Shown one piece after another: positions 53,451 through 63,237 of a stretch of DNA of 64,000 nucleotides (its first letter is position 1; every line of letters starts with the position of its first letter). Source of the DNA: Acinetobacter phage vB_ApiM_fHyAci03; sequence record NC_049438.1, one strand, 5' to 3'. The notes under the pieces are model-generated. The model had not been told where the DNA came from, did not search any database, and saw only the letters and a list, made by a program, of their open reading frames with translations. The translations under genes and the position numbers were made by a program.

Positions 53451-53825
53451 TTATGCTTTAGCTTGTGCTTCACGTTGTGCAAAACGTTCAATAAAGATTT
53501 GAGCAGCTTGGATAAGTAATTCATCTGGGTCTTGGCAATATGCATCTTCAAGGCGTTTCACACCATCGATTCGAACTTCTTTAGCACCTTGTTCACCGGC
53601 ACGTTTATTTGCAGTGGCCATCATATTGACCCAGATTTCATTAACTTCTTTATCAAATGAAACATATAGCTGGCGTTTGACTTCGCCCGGGAAATGTGAG
53701 AACTTAGCTTTAACTTCGTCTGGCATCTGTAAAGACCATGCTTTACGAATACGATTATCGGCTGATTCACCACGAGAATGTTTAGGTTGCAAGTCATTAA
53801 CCGTAATTTCTTTAAAATTTAACAT
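53451..53825 (-). CDS. rpbA: RNA polymerase-binding protein RpbA-like
   Basis: 124-aa ORF in the T4 rpbA position, between gene 45 and gene 46. Confidence 0.5.
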   Translation of the reverse strand: MLNFKEITVNDLQPKHSRGESADNRIRKAWSLQMPDEVKAKFSHFPGEVKRQLYVSFDKEVNEIWVNMMATANKRAGEQGAKEVRIDGVKRLEDAYCQDPDELLIQAAQIFIERFAQREAQAKA

Positions 53826-53859
53826 AATGTATTACCTTGTATCATTTGATGAATGTATT

Positions 53860-54096
53860 TTAAATCAAATTATTGAAAGCACTGATAACTTGATTTTGTC
53901 TGTGTGGATCGTATGTATTTTCAATAACAGTCCACGCTGGGCTCCGATTGGACATGATTTTCATACGCGTAGTTTCATCAGGAAATGCCTGAACTAGTTG
54001 TGCTTCTGTGACAATTAGTTCAGCGCCTGTGTATAGATTAATCAATGTCCATGTAGGAATTTCAGGATATGTTATTATATCACTAAATGGTTCCAT
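53860..54096 (-). CDS. hypothetical protein
   Basis: 78-aa ORF. Confidence 0.35.
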   Translation of the reverse strand: MEPFSDIITYPEIPTWTLINLYTGAELIVTEAQLVQAFPDETTRMKIMSNRSPAWTVIENTYDPHRQNQVISAFNNLI

Positions 54097-54105
54097 TGTA
54101 CACCT

Positions 54106-54306
54106 TTAATTTACACAAATTACTCGTTGACCGCATTCATCGAATGCTTCTTCTATAGGATCCCACTTGCAAACTGATGGTCTGAAGTGGACTTCTTTAA
54201 CTACATTGCCTTCGTCATCCGATGCTGAAACTATTTTGCAATTCAATAATTCGGGGTCATTTTTAACAAGTCTATTTAGATGGTTCAAATATTGCTTAAG
54301 ATTCAT
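54106..54306 (-). CDS. hypothetical protein
   Basis: 66-aa ORF. Confidence 0.35.
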   Translation of the reverse strand: MNLKQYLNHLNRLVKNDPELLNCKIVSASDDEGNVVKEVHFRPSVCKWDPIEEAFDECGQRVICVN

Positions 54307-54500
54307 ATGCCTTTAATCTCTTCATACGGATTTTTGTCTTGTGGATGGCACTCAATAAAGAGTTCCCAGTGTTGTCTAACTTTATGCATCCACTTTTCAT
54401 AATCACCTAGATTGCGATCGTTAAAATCGTGTATGGCTCCATCTAGACAATATAACATATCTTCTAGAACTTCTTGGCATTCAGGTGTTAACTTTTTCAT
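54303..54500 (-). CDS. hypothetical protein
   Basis: 65-aa ORF. Confidence 0.35.
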   Translation of the reverse strand: MKKLTPECQEVLEDMLYCLDGAIHDFNDRNLGDYEKWMHKVRQHWELFIECHPQDKNPYEEIKGI

Positions 54501-56182
54501 GATACCTCCATTACAGTAAAACGTCCAACTTTCTTCATTTGAAGATGTTGTCCATAATCTTGCGGGTTATGATCCCGATGGCTGATAATAAACACATTTG
54601 AATCAGGCATATTATTCAAGATAGTAGTGACAGATTTTGTGGCTGATGCATCGAAGGCGCCGTCAAAGATTTCATCTAAAAAGAGACATGAGATTTTGAT
54701 GCCAGATATTTTTTCGGCAATATCTCGCCATGTAAACATCAATGCCAGATCAATTCGTCCTTTTTCACCTTGCGAGAATGATGCGTATGAAAAATCTTCT
54801 CGACCGCGAGATTTAATAGTTTCAGAAAATTCTTCATTTAATGTGAACGAATAGTCTGCTTCCATCATCGCCAAATACGAATTGATTTGTTTGTTGAAAA
54901 TAGGGATGTATTTTTTGATGATGGACCCTTTAATGCCAGAATCTTTTAACATTTCGGTGATGACTGTTCGACGTTGCTTGTCAATGACAAGTGCACTTTT
55001 TCGTTGAATCACATCAGTCAATTCATCTTTGAGGCGTTGAACTTCAGATGTGTTGTCTACAAAATCCTTTTTGGCTTCTTCAAGCGCGGCATTGACCTTT
55101 TTAATACGTTCTATTTGTTGAAGCGCTAATTGGCGATTAGTTGCAATTTTATTTTCTAGGCCACGTATAACTTCTTTGGCATTCAAATATGCAGCCTTAC
55201 GATCATGTATCTCTTTGTGGATTTCCTTGAGGCGCTCAAGTTCTGCGCTGAGTGTGAGTTTAGAGTCTTCGATTTTTTCCACTAATGAGTTGTCTGAAAG
55301 CAATTGAAGGCATGTAGGACATGATCCACCGCCTTCATACAATTTCAATACACGTAAGGTCGAATTAAGTTCACTTTCAGCTTGAACGATAGCTCGATGA
55401 GAATTATGAGACTCTTCACTCGGATCATCGCCTAGTTCTATGGCTAAAATTTGCTCATTGTATGATTGATTTTGTGCTTTAATCTTGTCTACTTCGGCCA
55501 CGGCTTCATCTTTCATAGCTTCCAAACGAGTGATGTTATCGCCAGATAGTTTTTGCTGGCGCTCATTCGCTGTAATAAGAGTTTGAATTTGTGTTTGAAG
55601 ATGCGTAATTGTCAATTCGGTTTTCGATAATTCAGCATTAATGTTGCGAATTTCATCCTTATTGAGCTTGTCCATGTCAGCAAGAATTGACACTTCTAAT
55701 AGGTCTTCAACAAGTTTACGGCGAGCACCAGTAGATAGGCTCATAAATGGTGTGTAACCTGCAGTACCCAGAACTACAACCTGCTTGTATGAGTTATAGT
55801 TCATCCCAATCATTTCTTCAAATTCGCTTTGGAAATCTTTAGCGCTTGCTGCAACATCGAGCGGCTTGCCATCTTTATATACTTCGAAGATATTTGGCTT
55901 GATGCCGCGTTTGATGTAATACTCATGATTGTTGTACTCTAATAACAATTTAACCAATAGGCCCTTTTTGTTAGTTGAGTTAAGTAATTGTCCCTTTTTG
56001 ATGTCACGAAATGGTTTACCAAACAATGCAAATGTAATGGCCTCGAGAAGTGTAGACTTCCCTCCGCCATTTGGTCCTGTGATAAGAGTTTTATGAACCT
56101 TATCCAATTGAATGAATATTGAATTGTCACCGACCGACATGATATTACAATATTCAATTTCTTTAAGTTTAAACGTTTTCAT
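54497..56182 (-). CDS. 46: recombination endonuclease subunit gp46 (Rad50/SbcC-like ATPase)
   Basis: 561 aa. Walker A …ITGPNGGGKSTLLEAI…. Long coiled-coil with a CxxC hook. C-terminal signature/D-loop region. Confidence 0.85.
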   Translation of the reverse strand: MKTFKLKEIEYCNIMSVGDNSIFIQLDKVHKTLITGPNGGGKSTLLEAITFALFGKPFRDIKKGQLLNSTNKKGLLVKLLLEYNNHEYYIKRGIKPNIFEVYKDGKPLDVAASAKDFQSEFEEMIGMNYNSYKQVVVLGTAGYTPFMSLSTGARRKLVEDLLEVSILADMDKLNKDEIRNINAELSKTELTITHLQTQIQTLITANERQQKLSGDNITRLEAMKDEAVAEVDKIKAQNQSYNEQILAIELGDDPSEESHNSHRAIVQAESELNSTLRVLKLYEGGGSCPTCLQLLSDNSLVEKIEDSKLTLSAELERLKEIHKEIHDRKAAYLNAKEVIRGLENKIATNRQLALQQIERIKKVNAALEEAKKDFVDNTSEVQRLKDELTDVIQRKSALVIDKQRRTVITEMLKDSGIKGSIIKKYIPIFNKQINSYLAMMEADYSFTLNEEFSETIKSRGREDFSYASFSQGEKGRIDLALMFTWRDIAEKISGIKISCLFLDEIFDGAFDASATKSVTTILNNMPDSNVFIISHRDHNPQDYGQHLQMKKVGRFTVMEVS

Positions 56183-56796
56183 TTAAGACCCTTTGGTATA
56201 GCGTATGCACCTGAATGAATGTCTAAGTATATAGAACGTGTAGCGCTCCGTATTTCAGGTGACACTGAGCCTGAAATAGAGTCATAAATTGATGCATAGT
56301 AATGTTTTCTTGCTTTAATTATATCACGAATCTGATAAAGCGCGATAGGTTTATAGTCGGTGTTTTCTAATGATGTATTGACATAACGACAATCATTTAA
56401 AGTGGCAAAATGAACATGCCCATGGATATTAATCTTTCCACGTAGTTCTGTCGGATGTAGTGGTGCATGAGACAACCAAAACTCTTTGTACTTACGCAAT
56501 GCTGCTACTTCATCAAATGTTTCACAAAGTTGATGCATTGTCAAATTATCGGTGTCGTGATTTCCACAAATAAGAATCTTTTTGCCTGGCCATTTAGCGA
56601 TTTGACGTGCACGTTCCAATGAAAATACTGCATCGCCTGTAAAGTAACAGACATCTCGTTTTGTTACTGCGTTATAGTATTCACGCTCAACATGTTCAAA
56701 ATGGTCTTGTTCGTCACGAAATTGAGTGCGATATTTTGCGATAGCTTTATGTCCTGCATGCAAGTCGCCATAAAATAATACGTTAGCCATTACCAT
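56179..56796 (-). CDS. calcineurin-like metallophosphoesterase
   Basis: 205 aa. …FYGDLHAGH…, …GNHD… and …HGHVH… motifs. Inserted between gp47 and gp46. Confidence 0.55.
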   Translation of the reverse strand: MVMANVLFYGDLHAGHKAIAKYRTQFRDEQDHFEHVEREYYNAVTKRDVCYFTGDAVFSLERARQIAKWPGKKILICGNHDTDNLTMHQLCETFDEVAALRKYKEFWLSHAPLHPTELRGKINIHGHVHFATLNDCRYVNTSLENTDYKPIALYQIRDIIKARKHYYASIYDSISGSVSPEIRSATRSIYLDIHSGAYAIPKGLK

Positions 56797-57047
56797 TCTC
56801 CAGGTGGAAGTTCTTCACCGATATTTGCATCTATAACTGAATCGACTGCTGCCTCTACTTGATGAGGATATAAACGCATTGAACGCCCAGTCTCTTCGCA
56901 TGTAATTGTAAGTTGTCCGACTTTGCCTCCTTTACGAGTAACAAGATATTCAATCTTGAATCGAGCAGGATATTCGGATGCTAGATTAAACATAATGTGT
57001 TTTGTCTTTGGTTTCTCGTTGACCAATAGAACATTTTTCAATTTCAT
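56790..57047 (-). CDS. hypothetical protein
   Basis: 85-aa ORF. Confidence 0.4.
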   Translation of the reverse strand: MKLKNVLLVNEKPKTKHIMFNLASEYPARFKIEYLVTRKGGKVGQLTITCEETGRSMRLYPHQVEAAVDSVIDANIGEELPPGEW

Positions 57048-58054
57048 TTTGAAGCCTCCAAATATAACAATTTTGACATATCTTTGATTGCAGCTGCATC
57101 TTCGGATGTTAAGTCTTCAATCGATTCAACATATTCATCGATAAGTTCAGATAATGACTTTACTTCAGTTGTGTCTTCCTCTTCAATAACTGCACTTGTA
57201 TCTACTCGGTTGACCACTTTAAGTTCATGAACTACATTTTCTAATGCAGTTTCAAATGCAGCTAATTGTTTATCTACTTTAGTGACATACAATCTAACTG
57301 ATAGATTTTTATAGATTTCAGGATTTATTTGAGTAGGATAATCGATACGTCTGTGCCACATAGTATTGTTCTGAATGAATTTTGATTCTTCAGTATCTGA
57401 ATCAAATTCCCAGAATCCACGTGGATCATTTTCATCACCTGCTGTCAATGACCATGGTGTCCCGATATATGTTACATTTTTATTTTCAGAAATTGTATGG
57501 AAATGCCCAGACCAAACACGTTTATACGACTTCAAGAAATCAGGTTCTTCGCCATGAGATTCCATACCTTTGTAGAAATAGAACCCATTGAGTTCAAAAT
57601 GCCCCATGCAATATTTCGATTTAGATGCCTTAATAAATTTTAAAATTTCTTCTCGATTCTCTTCACAGATCCAAGGCACCATATCAATCTCTACGCCTAA
57701 ATCTATAGTTGTAGGAGAACTAATGACTGTGAAATTTTCAAATTGTGTCAATAATTCGTCACATGCATTAGGGAAGATAGTATTTTTAAATGTTGCATCA
57801 TGGTTGCCGACAATAACATAAACTTTAATGCCAGCATCAAGAATCTCTTGGCAAATTTTTCTGTTGAAATTCATTGTCTTATGTGTGATTGCCTTACGAA
57901 CATCAAACCAATCGCCAGCCTGCAACCAAGTTGTTATTCCTCTGGATTTAGAGTAATCAATGGCCTGTCTAATTCCTTGCAATTGGATGTTCTGGATCCA
58001 TGGATCATCTTGACGAACACCAATATGCAAGTCTCCTAATTTCAAAAATTTCAT
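57044..58054 (-). CDS. 47: recombination endonuclease subunit gp47 (Mre11/SbcD-like nuclease)
   Basis: 336 aa. Phosphoesterase motifs …LGDLHIG…, …GDWFD…, …GNHD… and …GHFH…. Confidence 0.85.
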   Translation of the reverse strand: MKFLKLGDLHIGVRQDDPWIQNIQLQGIRQAIDYSKSRGITTWLQAGDWFDVRKAITHKTMNFNRKICQEILDAGIKVYVIVGNHDATFKNTIFPNACDELLTQFENFTVISSPTTIDLGVEIDMVPWICEENREEILKFIKASKSKYCMGHFELNGFYFYKGMESHGEEPDFLKSYKRVWSGHFHTISENKNVTYIGTPWSLTAGDENDPRGFWEFDSDTEESKFIQNNTMWHRRIDYPTQINPEIYKNLSVRLYVTKVDKQLAAFETALENVVHELKVVNRVDTSAVIEEEDTTEVKSLSELIDEYVESIEDLTSEDAAAIKDMSKLLYLEASK

Positions 58055-58080
58055 ATGAATACCTTATCTAATCTATGGAT

Positions 58081-58114
58081 CTATTATATATCATATAGTA
58101 TGCATAGTAAACAA
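58081..58114 (-). promoter_or_regulatory. early promoter upstream of gene 47
   Basis: ATTATA at 58083..58088 and GTAAAC at 58107..58112. Confidence 0.55.
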
Positions 58115-58116
58115 CA

Positions 58117-58133
58117 AAGGACCGAAGTCCCTT
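58117..58133 (-). terminator. terminator hairpin with UUCG loop upstream of the gene 47 promoter
   Basis: Plus strand reads AAGGACCGAAGTCCCTT. Confidence 0.45.
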
Positions 58134-58136
58134 AAA

Positions 58137-58499
58137 TTATTTTTGTTCTAGTTTAGCGGCTTTGTGAGCTATATCCAACATCGCTTCGCGAGAAGAGTTC
58201 CACATTGCACGAATTAATTCATCATTATATGGCTGACGATAGAACTTACGAAGTTTTTTAATTGCATAAGAATATCCAGTGAAATTATTTGTAATTAGAC
58301 ATTCACCTGCATGTTTTTTGAGGCGTTCTAATTCCTTTTTGTTACGTTTAATTAATTTCTGCGCTCGTTTTTGCGCTTGAGCTTCAATGCGTCTCTGAAT
58401 TTTCTCTGCATCATATTCATCTATAACTGAGTCTAAGAATTCGTCATCACGTTCAACAGTTTCAGATTCGATAAATAACTGTTCGATATTAGCTTCCAT
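58137..58499 (-). CDS. hypothetical basic coiled-coil protein
   Basis: 120-aa ORF. Confidence 0.4.
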   Translation of the reverse strand: MEANIEQLFIESETVERDDEFLDSVIDEYDAEKIQRRIEAQAQKRAQKLIKRNKKELERLKKHAGECLITNNFTGYSYAIKKLRKFYRQPYNDELIRAMWNSSREAMLDIAHKAAKLEQK

Positions 58500-58503
58500 A
58501 GCT

Positions 58504-58725
58504 TTATCCTTGATTGAGTGTTAAGTAAAGACCGGAATCTTGTACATCAAATAAGTATTCAGATTCCGGGTCGATTTCAAATAATTCAGATTCAGAGCTG
58601 AAAAAATCTTTCTCTTCATTCAATAAGTGTGTTAAATCAAGTATTCTCTCCATACAAAAAGTCCAGTGCATCATTGTCTTCGACCTTTGGCTTTTCTTTT
58701 GGCTGTGCCTTTGTCGAAGCTTCAT
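58504..58725 (-). CDS. hypothetical protein
   Basis: 73-aa ORF overlapping the 3' end of gene 55. Confidence 0.3.
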   Translation of the reverse strand: MKLRQRHSQKKSQRSKTMMHWTFCMERILDLTHLLNEEKDFFSSESELFEIDPESEYLFDVQDSGLYLTLNQG

Positions 58726-59179
58726 ATTGTGTCATCTTATCGTAAATGTCCTGAATAAAGCCTTCATCTGCAATAGATGCCATTTCAGGATCACGAGAAT
58801 CATACACGTTGTTAATAAAGTAGCTGTATTTTACCGCAGTTTGCTTGCGTTCTTTTTTGATACGCTGAATAAACGCGTTGAAACAAGCCATAGTGATATA
58901 TGCATGAGGATTATCATATTTTGTCTCATCAAAATTGATGAGTCCTTTAATTGCAGCCTCTACACCATCACCAATCATTTCTTCTTTCCATGCTGGCGTG
59001 TAACCAGAGAAATTGAAACGTTTTGATAGTCCACGTGAAATTAGCAGAATAGCACGCCCAATAGTGTCATTTTGCTTTACTATTTTACCTGCAGCTCTAC
59101 ATTCTTCTTTCCATGAACATATTGCTTCATATAATTCTTTGTTATTCACATAATTGTGCTTAACTTGTTCATTACCCAT
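58637..59179 (-). CDS. 55: late-transcription sigma factor gp55
   Basis: The ORF track starts at a TTG. The real start is probably ATG at 59179 ([20 protein letters not shown]…), with GAGG 5 nt upstream. Collinear with T4 gp55 (…YNYVNNKEL…, …QNDTIG…RFNFSGYT…, …NFDETKY.NPHAYIT.ACFNAF.QRIKKE…). Confidence 0.8.
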   Translation of the reverse strand: MGNEQVKHNYVNNKELYEAICSWKEECRAAGKIVKQNDTIGRAILLISRGLSKRFNFSGYTPAWKEEMIGDGVEAAIKGLINFDETKYDNPHAYITMACFNAFIQRIKKERKQTAVKYSYFINNVYDSRDPEMASIADEGFIQDIYDKMTQYEASTKAQPKEKPKVEDNDALDFLYGENT

Positions 59180-59250
59180 AAAAACCTCGTACATCTTAAT
59201 AGATGAAGCATAATAATATTTATTCATTATAACACATTTTTCATACAGCA

Positions 59251-59270
59251 AAGGGACCTTGTGGTCCCTT
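59251..59270 (-). terminator. terminator hairpin (AGGGACC-TTGT-GGTCCCT) between the nrdH-like gene and gene 55
   Basis: Perfect 7-bp stem. Confidence 0.5.
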
Positions 59271-59553
59271 AAAATGTATCATAACCTAATTGCAGAAGAT
59301 AGTTCTTAAGCTCTTTGATTTTAACACGTGTCCCATCTATGAAAATATATGGCATGAATAATTTTGACACTGCGATCTTTGTCTTTAACTCCGCATACAA
59401 TTCATCATCGATCTTTGGAATACCATCTACAAGTTTTACAATACGCTTGAATGTATAAGGCAAACCTGCCTCATTAAAGGTTTTCTTTGCACTTTCACAG
59501 CCTGCACATCGAAACGTTTCTTCTTCAATACCGTAAATTTCAATATTCATCAC
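59269..59553 (-). CDS. nrdH: NrdH-like glutaredoxin
   Basis: 94 aa. CAGC redox motif and glutaredoxin fold pattern. Sits in the T4 nrdH position. Confidence 0.55.
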   Translation of the reverse strand: MMNIEIYGIEEETFRCAGCESAKKTFNEAGLPYTFKRIVKLVDGIPKIDDELYAELKTKIAVSKLFMPYIFIDGTRVKIKELKNYLLQLGYDTF

Positions 59554-59794
59554 GATTAAATCCGCTATAATAAATGAAGTTGTAGATTTCTACTAAATCA
59601 AATCCGCTTATATTGAGCTCACATAACGCTACTTCAATATCTCTCATTGATATATCACGATCTGTTGGCATATCGACGCAATGTTTATAACCATTGCTCC
59701 ATGTTTCAAAGTGTACTAAATCTTCTTGCGCAATAATATACAATCTATCGCCTGTATCGCCTTCATAATTGATTGAGACTGATGTAACTTTCAT
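59540..59794 (-). CDS. hypothetical protein
   Basis: 84-aa ORF. Confidence 0.35.
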   Translation of the reverse strand: MKVTSVSINYEGDTGDRLYIIAQEDLVHFETWSNGYKHCVDMPTDRDISMRDIEVALCELNISGFDLVEIYNFIYYSGFNRDEY

Positions 59795-60273
59795 TGCTTA
59801 TCCTTTAAGAATAGTCTGAGAGCCTTTTTAAACAAGGGTACTCGTTTTGCCTTAGTGCATTTTGCCGGGAATTCTAAACCTATTGATGCTGCAAGATTAT
59901 CCATGCCATCAAGATCAAGTTTAGAAAAGTACTTTGTTAAATCATTGATATAAGCAGGGTGAGTGTTGTGCTCGGATAAATCTTTTTTGTAATATTCAGA
60001 CAACGTCATAAAATATTCAGAGATGTCAACACCTTTGGATTTCAATCCTGAAGTATCAAATTTATGTTTGAGTTGTCCTTCTAATGCATTACAATAATTG
60101 CATAAGAGAGCACGTACTTTGCCTGCATTTGGACCATGTAATGTATGGTCATGGTCTAGATGATTAGATTTTATATCTGGAGAAAGAGCTCTTCGGCATA
60201 ATGGGCATATTCCATTTTGTGCATGATACAATCTAATCTTTTCTTCTTCAAATTTTTTGCCGATTAATAACAT
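59791..60273 (-). CDS. 49: endonuclease VII gp49 (Holliday junction resolvase)
   Basis: 160 aa, collinear with T4 EndoVII (MLL.GK…EEK…Y.AQNG.C.LC.R.L.PD…NHLDHDH.L.GP.AGKVR.LLCN.CNA.EGQ.KHKF..SGLK…). Confidence 0.85.
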   Translation of the reverse strand: MLLIGKKFEEEKIRLYHAQNGICPLCRRALSPDIKSNHLDHDHTLHGPNAGKVRALLCNYCNALEGQLKHKFDTSGLKSKGVDISEYFMTLSEYYKKDLSEHNTHPAYINDLTKYFSKLDLDGMDNLAASIGLEFPAKCTKAKRVPLFKKALRLFLKDKQ

Positions 60274-60305
60274 ACTATCACCTCAGTAGATGATAGTATT
60301 TATTG

Positions 60306-60581
60306 TCAGCCGATCACACGATATGAATCATCGGCGTCTAAGATACACCAATAATCCTTTAGTTCTTCAACAGTCGAAATGTCAATAATTTCACCTGTTT
60401 CGGTATTTTTTAGCTTATCGATTCCCCAGATGTCATCGATTAAAATTGTGACACTTTCAACCGTATAGGGAATTCCCGGCTTTAATTCCGGGAAATATTG
60501 TGCAATAAAAACATTATCGTCGAAATATTTTTTGTTGATAATGACAGTATTGCCTATACTAGGCTTCACTCGAATCGGCAT
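60306..60581 (-). CDS. hypothetical protein
   Basis: 91-aa ORF. Confidence 0.4.
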   Translation of the reverse strand: MPIRVKPSIGNTVIINKKYFDDNVFIAQYFPELKPGIPYTVESVTILIDDIWGIDKLKNTETGEIIDISTVEELKDYWCILDADDSYRVIG

Positions 60582-60858
60582 TTAGCACCTCATATTCTTG
60601 TGGATTAGATGTAGTAATGAATGCCCACCATTTTGCCTTTGGCTGTTCATTTTCTGGAAGTCGATGAACTTCGTGGACATTAAACTTTTCTGATGTTTCG
60701 ACACAAATCATCTCAACAACGCCAGATATTTCTCCAAGATTTCTGATGCAAGTAGCTCTATATGATTTACCCAGAGATAGCTCTGGGTAATGTATTAAGA
60801 AATCATCAGATGTATTGAAGAAATGGTCTGTCAATTTAAAAACCATTCCAGTTTGCAT
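60559..60858 (-). CDS. hypothetical protein
   Basis: 99-aa ORF. Confidence 0.4.
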   Translation of the reverse strand: MQTGMVFKLTDHFFNTSDDFLIHYPELSLGKSYRATCIRNLGEISGVVEMICVETSEKFNVHEVHRLPENEQPKAKWWAFITTSNPQEYEVLNADSSEA

Positions 60859-60859
60859 A

Positions 60860-61186
60860 TTACACCTTTACAAAGAAATGTGAAGTGAAGTTAGTGAAGA
60901 ATGCCCAGAAGTCTTCATCCAATGGATTAATTTCAAATACTACGCCAGTAGATAAAGCTTTGAGAGCGACACATCCTTTAGTCATATCTAAAAGTTCAGT
61001 GAATTCATCTTCTGCAGGAGTTTCACGAACTTTTTCAATAACAAAAATACTATGTTTACCCAATTCTGGAGTTTTCTTAATTAAAGGCTTGATGTGGCGA
61101 AGACCTTCAGGAGTGAATGAAATTTTATCGCCTTCAACAAAATCAACAGGGTTCAAATATGTAGTATTCATTTCAATTTCCTTCAA
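60860..61186 (-). CDS. hypothetical protein
   Basis: 108-aa ORF. Confidence 0.4.
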   Translation of the reverse strand: MKEIEMNTTYLNPVDFVEGDKISFTPEGLRHIKPLIKKTPELGKHSIFVIEKVRETPAEDEFTELLDMTKGCVALKALSTGVVFEINPLDEDFWAFFTNFTSHFFVKV

Positions 61187-61213
61187 TTAATAACAACTTA
61201 GGTATTTTAAACC

Positions 61214-61492
61214 TTATTTCGATAAAGCAATGTCTTGGCGAAGCTCATGGAACCCACCAATAAGTGTTTCACCTTTAAAAATAACAGGTAATGAGATTCC
61301 AGCAGGAGAGGTTTTACCAAGTTTTGCTAACAAGCTATGAAATTCTGGAGTCCATATCGGTCCATTTTCATTTACACCTGATGCAATACTAATAAATTTG
61401 AACTCTTTGCCTTTTGCCGTACATAAACGTTTTGCACTATCGCAATTGATACATTTTTGGACTTCAGGCAAATAACCATAAATAGTGTACAT
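61214..61492 (-). CDS. nrdC: thioredoxin NrdC
   Basis: 92 aa. …IYGY…KCINCDSAKRL… and …PVIF…G..IGGF..L… match T4 NrdC (…VYGYDSNIHKCVYCDNAKRLL…). Confidence 0.8.
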   Translation of the reverse strand: MYTIYGYLPEVQKCINCDSAKRLCTAKGKEFKFISIASGVNENGPIWTPEFHSLLAKLGKTSPAGISLPVIFKGETLIGGFHELRQDIALSK

Positions 61493-61545
61493 TTTGTTTC
61501 CTCTGTTAAATACGATAATTAATCTATCGTATTTATTTTATGAGG

Positions 61546-61579
61546 CTATTATATACAATAACCTCATATGTGTAAATAC
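61546..61579 (-). promoter_or_regulatory. early promoter with dyad (TGAGG…CCTCA)
   Basis: ATTATA at 61548..61553 and TGTAAA at 61571..61576. Confidence 0.55.
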
Positions 61580-61580
61580 T

Positions 61581-62588
61581 TTATTTTGAAAGAATTTTAA
61601 TTGTTTCTTCGAGTGCAGAAACTTTTCGTGCAAATTCTACCTTTGCATCACGAAGTGTTTGAATTCGTGAAAGTAGTTCAGCGATAGTATCATCAGTCTC
61701 GCTATCCTGTTTTTTCAGTGCATCTATATTAGCCTGAACTAGTTCTATTGCAACAGATGTGCCAAGCTTTTCTCCTGGATTTGACACCATGAACAGTGGT
61801 GACTTGCTCATTACTGTAACTTGTGGTGCCTGTTCACGTAGCGTGACTTTTAATGAATATGCATTAACACCTTGTTCAATTTTTAAATTAGTGCACTGCG
61901 ATAATAACTTGTACATCTTTTCCGCAATCGCAAGGGCATTTGAACGTGCAGTCGGATGATCAAATGTAGGATGGAATCGAATAGTGCACGTAGAATTATT
62001 TACACCTGAATCTACACTAATTATGGTATGCTCAAGCTTAACACCCGGAATTGTAGCACCATTCTGAGTTCGATGCCCAATGTTTGCCAGATTTTGAATA
62101 CTTCGATTATTAGTTCGTTCTAAACGTAGCATACCAGAAATAATTGATGCCAACTGATCGTCAACAAATTTACTTAATGAAAATGAAGTTCGATTTGCAG
62201 CCTTCACATTAGAATTATAATCTGTTATGTAAAATTCTTCGCCTGTGCCTTTAACACTACAAAAATTTCGTATGCGATGGGTAATTAATATACGTGTGGC
62301 CCAGTTGGTTTTGATTAATTTTGCAATTAAATTTGGTGCTTGAGAAGCACTTAATGCAGAGTAATGTGTAAGAATTCGTCTAAGAATCTTTTCGATTTCA
62401 TCAGATGGTGCGCTGTCAAAAACACGACTCAATTCAAAGTGGATATTTCGTTGTACAGTGTTTGCTATAACATGTGGCAAACCTTCATTTGATAAGATTT
62501 TATGACGACATGCATTAGCATTGATTGTGTCTTCAAATTGACGGTGAACGATGTCACTAATAATAGATTTAAATGTAGATTTATTCAT
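61581..62588 (-). CDS. hypothetical protein
   Basis: 335-aa ORF. C-terminal coiled coil. Confidence 0.45.
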   Translation of the reverse strand: MNKSTFKSIISDIVHRQFEDTINANACRHKILSNEGLPHVIANTVQRNIHFELSRVFDSAPSDEIEKILRRILTHYSALSASQAPNLIAKLIKTNWATRILITHRIRNFCSVKGTGEEFYITDYNSNVKAANRTSFSLSKFVDDQLASIISGMLRLERTNNRSIQNLANIGHRTQNGATIPGVKLEHTIISVDSGVNNSTCTIRFHPTFDHPTARSNALAIAEKMYKLLSQCTNLKIEQGVNAYSLKVTLREQAPQVTVMSKSPLFMVSNPGEKLGTSVAIELVQANIDALKKQDSETDDTIAELLSRIQTLRDAKVEFARKVSALEETIKILSK

Positions 62589-62615
62589 GCCATATAACCT
62601 TTAGGATATTATGAG

Positions 62616-62650
62616 ACTATTATAACAATACTCTCATAATATGTAAACAC
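62616..62650 (-). promoter_or_regulatory. early promoter with dyad (TATGAGA…TCTCATA)
   Basis: ATTATA at 62618..62623 and GTAAAC at 62643..62648. Confidence 0.6.
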
Positions 62651-62652
62651 CT

Positions 62653-63237
62653 TTAAATTAAATTTACAGCCTTTGCAATTGCATATGAAATTCGTGGCAT
62701 AGCAATACCTGTTCCAAAGTATACAACCTTGCCTTCATGTGTTCGCTTGCCATAGGACCCAAGTTCGACGCCTTTATATTCAATATCTAAACCCTGCGGC
62801 GTATCAACGACAATTGCGTCCTTTAATCCTTCCTGTCGAAAGAATGCCAGAGCATCTGTCACAACAGATCGTTCAAATGACACTAACTCGAGTTTAAGGA
62901 AGATTTCTAAGTGTGAATCGTCAATTACTCTTTCATTTCGTTGACAAGGCGTAAGCATCATAAACTTGCCTTCAGACGGGACAGGTACACCGGCTTGAGC
63001 ATATTTAGTCATCATATCATAAAATGACTGTTCTGCACTTCCAACGTAAAAATTGTCCTCATCATGCGCCATAGGTACAGCACCTTCAGGTATAGTTTTG
63101 TTTATCGCTGGCATTCCAACACACTGCGCAGCTGAAATAGGCTTATAGCCTAGCTTTTTATAAAACTCTATAGCGCGTAATAACTGTGGTAGATTAATTT
63201 CAAATCTTGGGTCAATTGTTAGATGTCGTTCAAACAT
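62653..63237 (-). CDS. minimal class-II aminoacyl-tRNA-synthetase-like catalytic-core protein (AsnA/EpmA-like fold)
   Basis: 194 aa. Motif-2-like …CQRNERVIDDSHLEIFLKLELVSFE… (fRxE…H.xEF..LE) and motif-3-like …YFGTGIAMPRISYAI… (GxGxxxxR). No anticodon-binding domain. Confidence 0.35.
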   Translation of the reverse strand: MFERHLTIDPRFEINLPQLLRAIEFYKKLGYKPISAAQCVGMPAINKTIPEGAVPMAHDEDNFYVGSAEQSFYDMMTKYAQAGVPVPSEGKFMMLTPCQRNERVIDDSHLEIFLKLELVSFERSVVTDALAFFRQEGLKDAIVVDTPQGLDIEYKGVELGSYGKRTHEGKVVYFGTGIAMPRISYAIAKAVNLI

